64,000 nt of DNA from Polyangiales bacterium (GTDB lineage Bacteria > Myxococcota_A > Polyangia > Polyangiales > JADJQN01), in contig CAXNJO010000004.1 in NCBI GenBank assembly GCA_964202905.1, positions 96,001 to 160,000 on the forward strand, in the 5' to 3' direction. Of this stretch, positions 59,323 through 64,000 are shown piece by piece (within the stretch, counting starts at the first letter, position 1; every line of letters begins with the position of its first letter). The notes below the pieces were generated by a model. The model did not search any database. It was not told the origin of the DNA and saw only the letters and a list, made by a program, of their open reading frames with translations. A program made the translations under genes and the position numbers.

Positions 59323-60006
59323 ATGGCCATGCGAGAATGCGCGTTCTCTAACGCCCCGCGACGCGGGTTCCCGGGCCCGAGGCGTCTCCCTCGCGCCGTC
59401 CATGTCGGCGCTCCGCGGATCGTGGTCGCGGTGTATGCGTTGGTGTGGTTAGTGGTGCTGGTGGGCTGCGCCGGTAGCGCGAGGCCACTCCGGCCGCCTC
59501 CCAACAACGGCAACGACACCTCTCTCGGCTCGGGGGACGTGTTCGACGTTCGGATTTTCGGGGAGCAGGAGCTCTCCGCGAGTTACCGGGTCGCTGAGGA
59601 CGGGACCATCGACTTCCCGCTCATCGGTCGCATCGAGGTCGTGGGCCTCGAGCCGCCGGCGACCGCGGACCTCTTGCGCGACCGGCTGCGCGATGGGCGT
59701 TTTATGCTCGATCCGCAGGTCTCGGTTTTCGTCCGCGAGTACAACTCGAAGCGAGTGAGCGTGATGGGCGCGGTCTCGCGACCGGGGACGTTCCCCATGT
59801 CGAGTGGTTTGACTGTGGTGCAGGCGATCAGTCTGGCGGGCGGGTTCACGCCACTGGCGATGCGCAGCGGGCCGACGATCACACGCCAGGAGAATGGGCA
59901 TGCGCGCAGCTTCCGCGTGCCGGTCGACGAGATCGTGCAGGGGCGGGCTGAAGACGTACTCCTTCAGGCCGGCGACATCGTCTACGTTCCGGAGCGGGTG
60001 TTCTGA
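59323..60006 (+). CDS. Short OPX (Wza-like) polysaccharide export lipoprotein
   Basis: Lipobox LVGC, Poly_export LGSGDVFDV...DGTIDFPLIG, one SLBB domain, ends GDIVYVPERVF with no OM helix. True start probably downstream. Confidence 0.9.
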   Translation: MAMRECAFSNAPRRGFPGPRRLPRAVHVGAPRIVVAVYALVWLVVLVGCAGSARPLRPPPNNGNDTSLGSGDVFDVRIFGEQELSASYRVAEDGTIDFPLIGRIEVVGLEPPATADLLRDRLRDGRFMLDPQVSVFVREYNSKRVSVMGAVSRPGTFPMSSGLTVVQAISLAGGFTPLAMRSGPTITRQENGHARSFRVPVDEIVQGRAEDVLLQAGDIVYVPERVF

Positions 60007-60008
60007 GG

Positions 60009-60965
60009 ATGGTGGGGGCGCTTTCGAATGCAGATCGGGTTTATGTCGCGGGGCACACCGGGCTGGTGGGGTCGGCGATCGTTCGTGCGCTGCGCGCGCG
60101 CGGGCACACGGACCTCGTGCTCCGTACCAGCCGAGAGGCCGACCTCCGGGAGCGCGCAGCCGTAGACGGCCTCTTCGCCGCCGAACGACCCACGGTCGTG
60201 ATCGTCGCAGCGGCGAAGGTGGGCGGGATCCTCGCGAACACCGAGCGGCCCGCGGAGTTTCTCTACGACAACCTCCTGATCGCGAGCCACGTGATCGACG
60301 CGGCGTACCGTGCCGGCGTGCGTCGGTTGTTGTTTCTCGGCAGCTCGTGCATCTATCCGAAGTTTGCCGAGCAGCCGATCCGCGAAGAAGCGCTGCTCGA
60401 AGGAGCGCTGGAGCCGACGAACGAGTGGTATGCGATCGCGAAGATCGCCGGGCTCAAGCTGTGCGCGGCGTACCGTCGTCAGTACGGTTTCGACGCCATC
60501 TCGGCAATGCCCACGAACCTCTACGGTCAAGGCGACAACTTCGACCTCCACAACTCGCACGTCCTGCCTGCGCTCATCCGAAAGTTCCACGAGGCGAAGC
60601 GCGACGGCCGGAGGCATGTCGAGGTTTGGGGGACGGGAGCCCCGCGGCGCGAGTTCCTGCACGCGGATGACCTGGCGGATGCGTGTCTGTTCCTGCTCGA
60701 CCGCTACGACGGGGAGCTCCCGATCAACGTGGGCACCGGTCGCGACCTGACGATCGGCGAGCTCGCCGCGCTGGTCGCGCGCGTGGTGGGATTTGCCGGG
60801 GAGGTCGTGTTCGACCGGAGCAAACCGGACGGGACCCCCCGCAAGCTCTTGGATGTGTCGCGGCTGCATGCCCTCGGTTGGGAGAGTCGGGTCACGCTCG
60901 AAGAGGGGATTCGCGCCACGTACCGCTGGTATTGCGACCAACTCGCGGAGTCCGGGCAGGCCTGA
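60009..60965 (+). CDS. fcl: GDP-L-fucose synthase
   Basis: VAGHTGLVGSA, AAKVGGI, LGSSCIYPK, YAIAK, SHVLPALIRK, WGTG.PRREFLH. Confidence 0.95.
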   Translation: MVGALSNADRVYVAGHTGLVGSAIVRALRARGHTDLVLRTSREADLRERAAVDGLFAAERPTVVIVAAAKVGGILANTERPAEFLYDNLLIASHVIDAAYRAGVRRLLFLGSSCIYPKFAEQPIREEALLEGALEPTNEWYAIAKIAGLKLCAAYRRQYGFDAISAMPTNLYGQGDNFDLHNSHVLPALIRKFHEAKRDGRRHVEVWGTGAPRREFLHADDLADACLFLLDRYDGELPINVGTGRDLTIGELAALVARVVGFAGEVVFDRSKPDGTPRKLLDVSRLHALGWESRVTLEEGIRATYRWYCDQLAESGQA

Positions 60966-61070
60966 ACGCGCCCGTTGGCTTTGCACACGTGGTGACTTTG
61001 GCGCGCGTGATTCCGTCGATCAGGGCTACCCCGTGCCTGCGCGGTTCCATTGCAGCACGACTGTCGCCGT

Positions 61071-61910
61071 TCAGGTCGACGTCTGCGCGTTGCGCTCGCG
61101 CTTGAGGTCGTGCTTGGCTGCCACGATCATCTGCTGATACGTGGAGCGCATCGCGCAGAACGTGAGCCCATCCTGTCCGTCGAGAAACCCTCGACGCCAA
61201 ACGTAGGCATACCCGAAGTACAACAGTGACCGCCCCGGTGCGCGCGTCGCGAAACGCTTCAGGGCCGCGCGCCGCACGAGCGGATCCTCGCTCACGAGCT
61301 CGCGTGGGGCGATCCCGAGCGCCTCTTGCTTCAGTTCGTATTCGGCTTCCTTCCGCGCGTAGCGAGCCTGTCGTTCGAACCAGTCCTGAAGTCCTTTGTG
61401 GTTCTCGTCGATGAGATCGTGCGCGAGCGCACCGAGCTCCCCCTCGAGATGCTGCGTCTCGGCGTGTCCGCGGTTTTCGTAGCGGAGCCTCCCGACCCGG
61501 AACAGGCGCACGACCCAGGTCGGGTACAAGGAGCTGTGTTGCAGCCACCGTCCCCACATGTAGAAGCGACGCTTCAGGCGGAAGGCCGCGAATCGCTCGT
61601 CCGCGCCGGGTAGACGCTGCGCGAACTCGGCGGCGAGTTCAGGCGGTACCCGCTCGTCGGCGTCGAGGACGAGCACCCACGGATGCCGCGGCGCCGTGTG
61701 GTCGAGTGCCCAGTTGCGCTGAGAGCCAAATCCCTCGAACGCGTGCTGGAAGAATCGGGCTCCCGCCACGCGAGCGAGGGATTCCGTGCCGTCGGTGCTG
61801 AAGGAGTCGATGACGATGATGTCATCGCACCACCCGAGTGATGCGAGGCAGCCCGGGAGATTGGCCTCTTCGTTGAGCGTAAACACCATCACGGATACGG
61901 GCGGAGTCAC
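61071..61910 (-). CDS. Glycosyltransferase family 2
   Basis: TLNEE, DSFSTDGT, QRNWAL, LDADE, GFLDG. Confidence 0.92.
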   Translation of the reverse strand: MTPPVSVMVFTLNEEANLPGCLASLGWCDDIIVIDSFSTDGTESLARVAGARFFQHAFEGFGSQRNWALDHTAPRHPWVLVLDADERVPPELAAEFAQRLPGADERFAAFRLKRRFYMWGRWLQHSSLYPTWVVRLFRVGRLRYENRGHAETQHLEGELGALAHDLIDENHKGLQDWFERQARYARKEAEYELKQEALGIAPRELVSEDPLVRRAALKRFATRAPGRSLLYFGYAYVWRRGFLDGQDGLTFCAMRSTYQQMIVAAKHDLKRERNAQTST

Positions 61911-61931
61911 GAGACACGGTCCTTTCCGGAA

Positions 61932-63038
61932 TCACGGCTTCGAACAGGTGGCTTCACGAAGCCAGCGCCGGGACACGCCTTCCCAAGAAAAATTGCGTTC
62001 CATCCAGCTTCGCCCACGCGCGCCCATCGCGGCTCGGGGGAGCGTGCGCATGCGGGTGAGGGCGTCATGCAGGGACTGCGGGTCGTCGTGGACCCAGAGC
62101 CCGCACGTGTGGGTTTCCACGGCCGCCCATGGCGTGCCCCGGGACGCGATCACGGGGACTCCGGCGGCGAGGGCTTCGGCGATCGATTGTCCGAAATTCT
62201 CGCTGGTCGACGCACATACGTACACGTCTGCCGTCGAGAGCAGACGGTCGCATTCCTCGCGCGTGAGATGTCCTGCGAAGGTGATTCGGTCCATGAGCCC
62301 CAGAGAGCGGACCAGCGCGCGCAGCGTGTCGGCGTAGGGGAGGGGCCCGTCGCCGGCGATCGTGCAACGCCATGGGCCCGCGAGCATGGCGAGCGCCCGA
62401 ATCAGGCGGTCGATCCCCTTGATGGGATGGAGTCGGCTGATGCTCACGACGTGCAACTCTGCGGAATCCACGTGTGTGGCGCTGCACTCGGGCAGTCTGA
62501 CTCCGTTCGGCACGACGAAGGTCGGCAGTGCCGGAAACCACGCATCGAGCGCGTTGGCTTCTTCCTGCGAGGTGCAGTGCGCGATGGTGTTGTGCGGGAG
62601 CAGCGCCCGCATCGTGCGCAGCCAGAGCGTCTTTTTCGGAGGTGGCACCGCACCGAGCGCGAGCACGGCGCCACGAGGTGCCCAGACGAGACGCTTGCCG
62701 AGGCGTCGCGCAGCGCCGATGGTGGGGAACGTGGTGAAGTTGAACGTCGCGTTGAGGACGATCACGTCCGCATCCCGGCCGCAGCGCGCCAAATCCAGAA
62801 GCAGGGACGGCGCAGTCGCTTCTCGCATCCAGCGTCTTCGGTAGATGACCTCCGAGTGCCGACCGAGCGGCACACGGTCGGGAACATTCAAGGTCGCCGC
62901 CCCGTTGGCGTTCGTCGTGAGGACCTGCACCCGGCATCCAATGGCATCGAGACCACGGGCAAAACCCCAAGCCGATTCGGTGGTGCCGCCGTACACCATC
63001 GCCGGGTAGAACCCCGGTGTCACGTAGAGAACGTTCAC
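61932..63038 (-). CDS. Glycosyltransferase family 4
   Basis: YGG, VVPNGV, SRLHPIKG, SENFGQSIAEALAAGVPVIAS. Confidence 0.92.
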   Translation of the reverse strand: MNVLYVTPGFYPAMVYGGTTESAWGFARGLDAIGCRVQVLTTNANGAATLNVPDRVPLGRHSEVIYRRRWMREATAPSLLLDLARCGRDADVIVLNATFNFTTFPTIGAARRLGKRLVWAPRGAVLALGAVPPPKKTLWLRTMRALLPHNTIAHCTSQEEANALDAWFPALPTFVVPNGVRLPECSATHVDSAELHVVSISRLHPIKGIDRLIRALAMLAGPWRCTIAGDGPLPYADTLRALVRSLGLMDRITFAGHLTREECDRLLSTADVYVCASTSENFGQSIAEALAAGVPVIASRGTPWAAVETHTCGLWVHDDPQSLHDALTRMRTLPRAAMGARGRSWMERNFSWEGVSRRWLREATCSKP

Positions 63039-63658
63039 GGAGTCGAGCGAGCGACGACGATCATCGATTTCCACAAATACGGGAGGCGACCGGCTCCGCG
63101 GATGTCATCGACGCGAAATCCCGCGTCGACGACGAGCGGCGCGAGCGTGGATGGGGAGAAGAACTTGATGTGCGCGCCATCGCTGCTCGAGGTGAAGTGA
63201 CGGTCCCACTTGCCGGTGAGCGAGAGGGCCAGGTTCTTCAGATACCCATGGTAGGGAGTCGAGAGGATGAGTGCGCCGCCCGGCTTGAGCACCTTGTGCG
63301 CGAGGGTGAGGAGTTTGCGCGGATGGTAGAGGTGCTCGATCACTTCGCAGGAAATCACCGTGTCGGCGCGCGGGAGTTCCAGGTCGTCGTAGACCGAGCC
63401 GAGGACGAAACGTGCCGCCGGGTGAGCGCGACGGGCTTGCTCGATTCCGTCGATCGCGGCGTCGGTCCCCGTCACGTCGTACCCGAGTCGAGCCAGTCGA
63501 CCGGCGAGATAACCGTTGCCACAGCCCAGGTCGACGACCACGCCCGCGCGAGGCGTGAGGCGGTTGACGAGTCCGAGGACCGGGGCCTCGAGGTAGTCGT
63601 TCGCGCAGGTCGGGGCGTCGCTCGTCCAGCCGTATCGCGTCTCAGTCGAGTCAGTCAT
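63035..63658 (-). CDS. Class I SAM-dependent methyltransferase
   Basis: DLGCGNG, SCEVIEHL, LKPGG, STPYHGYLKNL; GTGA-coupled to the GT4 gene. Confidence 0.9.
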   Translation of the reverse strand: MTDSTETRYGWTSDAPTCANDYLEAPVLGLVNRLTPRAGVVVDLGCGNGYLAGRLARLGYDVTGTDAAIDGIEQARRAHPAARFVLGSVYDDLELPRADTVISCEVIEHLYHPRKLLTLAHKVLKPGGALILSTPYHGYLKNLALSLTGKWDRHFTSSSDGAHIKFFSPSTLAPLVVDAGFRVDDIRGAGRLPYLWKSMIVVARSTP

Positions 63659-63781
63659 GGTGTTTGCCGCTTCGAGGGATGGAGTCGCCGTGCGGGCCGG
63701 ATGAGGTCTGCATGACGGTGGCGATGCCAGCGCGGTGCGGGGGGCAAACGCCGTGGGCCTCCCGGGCTTCACGGCGCGCGC

Positions 63782-64000
63782 TCAGCCGACGACGGGCAGC
63801 CGGAGCCGCGTGCCGGTGGCGCCGTCGGCCCAGGCGCCGCGCCAACGGGGACGCTCCGCGACGGGGCCCGAGGGGGCGTCGCCGCGCCAGTGAGGCTTGC
63901 CGAAGTGCGCGAGGCAGCCGTTGCAGGGGAACGCGTCCCACGCATCGCCTGGGCCGGCCGCGATCGCAGCGAGTCGGGCCGCCTGCGTGTCGTGGATGAT
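63782..64000 (-). CDS. 3' end of an unidentified protein (window edge)
   Basis: Open frame IIHDTQAARL...FPCNGCLAHFGKPHW...LRLPVVG*; the CxxC could belong to a SPASM-like Fe-S domain. Confidence 0.5.
   Translation of the reverse strand: MIHDTQAARLAAIAAGPGDAWDAFPCNGCLAHFGKPHWRGDAPSGPVAERPRWRGAWADGATGTRLRLPVVG

Overview
Very GC-rich, gene-dense window from a myxobacterium, probably Polyangiales/Sandaracinus-like. The assignment is inferred from romR next to valS, a Glt-like gene cluster and AgmX/PglI-type TonB_C domains. The left part (1-40 kb) holds housekeeping and envelope genes: partial HpnI-like GT21, ogt, valS, romR, trmB, a deacetylase/STAND-TPR/class-V aminotransferase operon, an ECF sigma with a FecR-TonB_C anti-sigma, a GldAFG-DUF4340 ABC operon, a split peptide ABC transporter around an unusual RpoD-family sigma and dacB, SOD, an HD hydrolase, two convergent NtrC-family regulators and lysC. 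The right part (40.4-64 kb) looks less GC-extreme. It holds an ECF/anti-sigma pair divergent from a Glt-like (gliding-transducer paralogue) TPR operon with a degenerate TolQ/ExbB-like gene. That operon is followed by sugar-nucleotide genes, a coiled-coil protein, an OM beta-barrel, a short OPX, fcl and glycosyltransferases. This Glt-like plus polysaccharide export locus is the best candidate for an under-described system. No rRNA, tRNA, CRISPR array or transposase was seen. All product calls come from motif recognition by eye, not from database searches.
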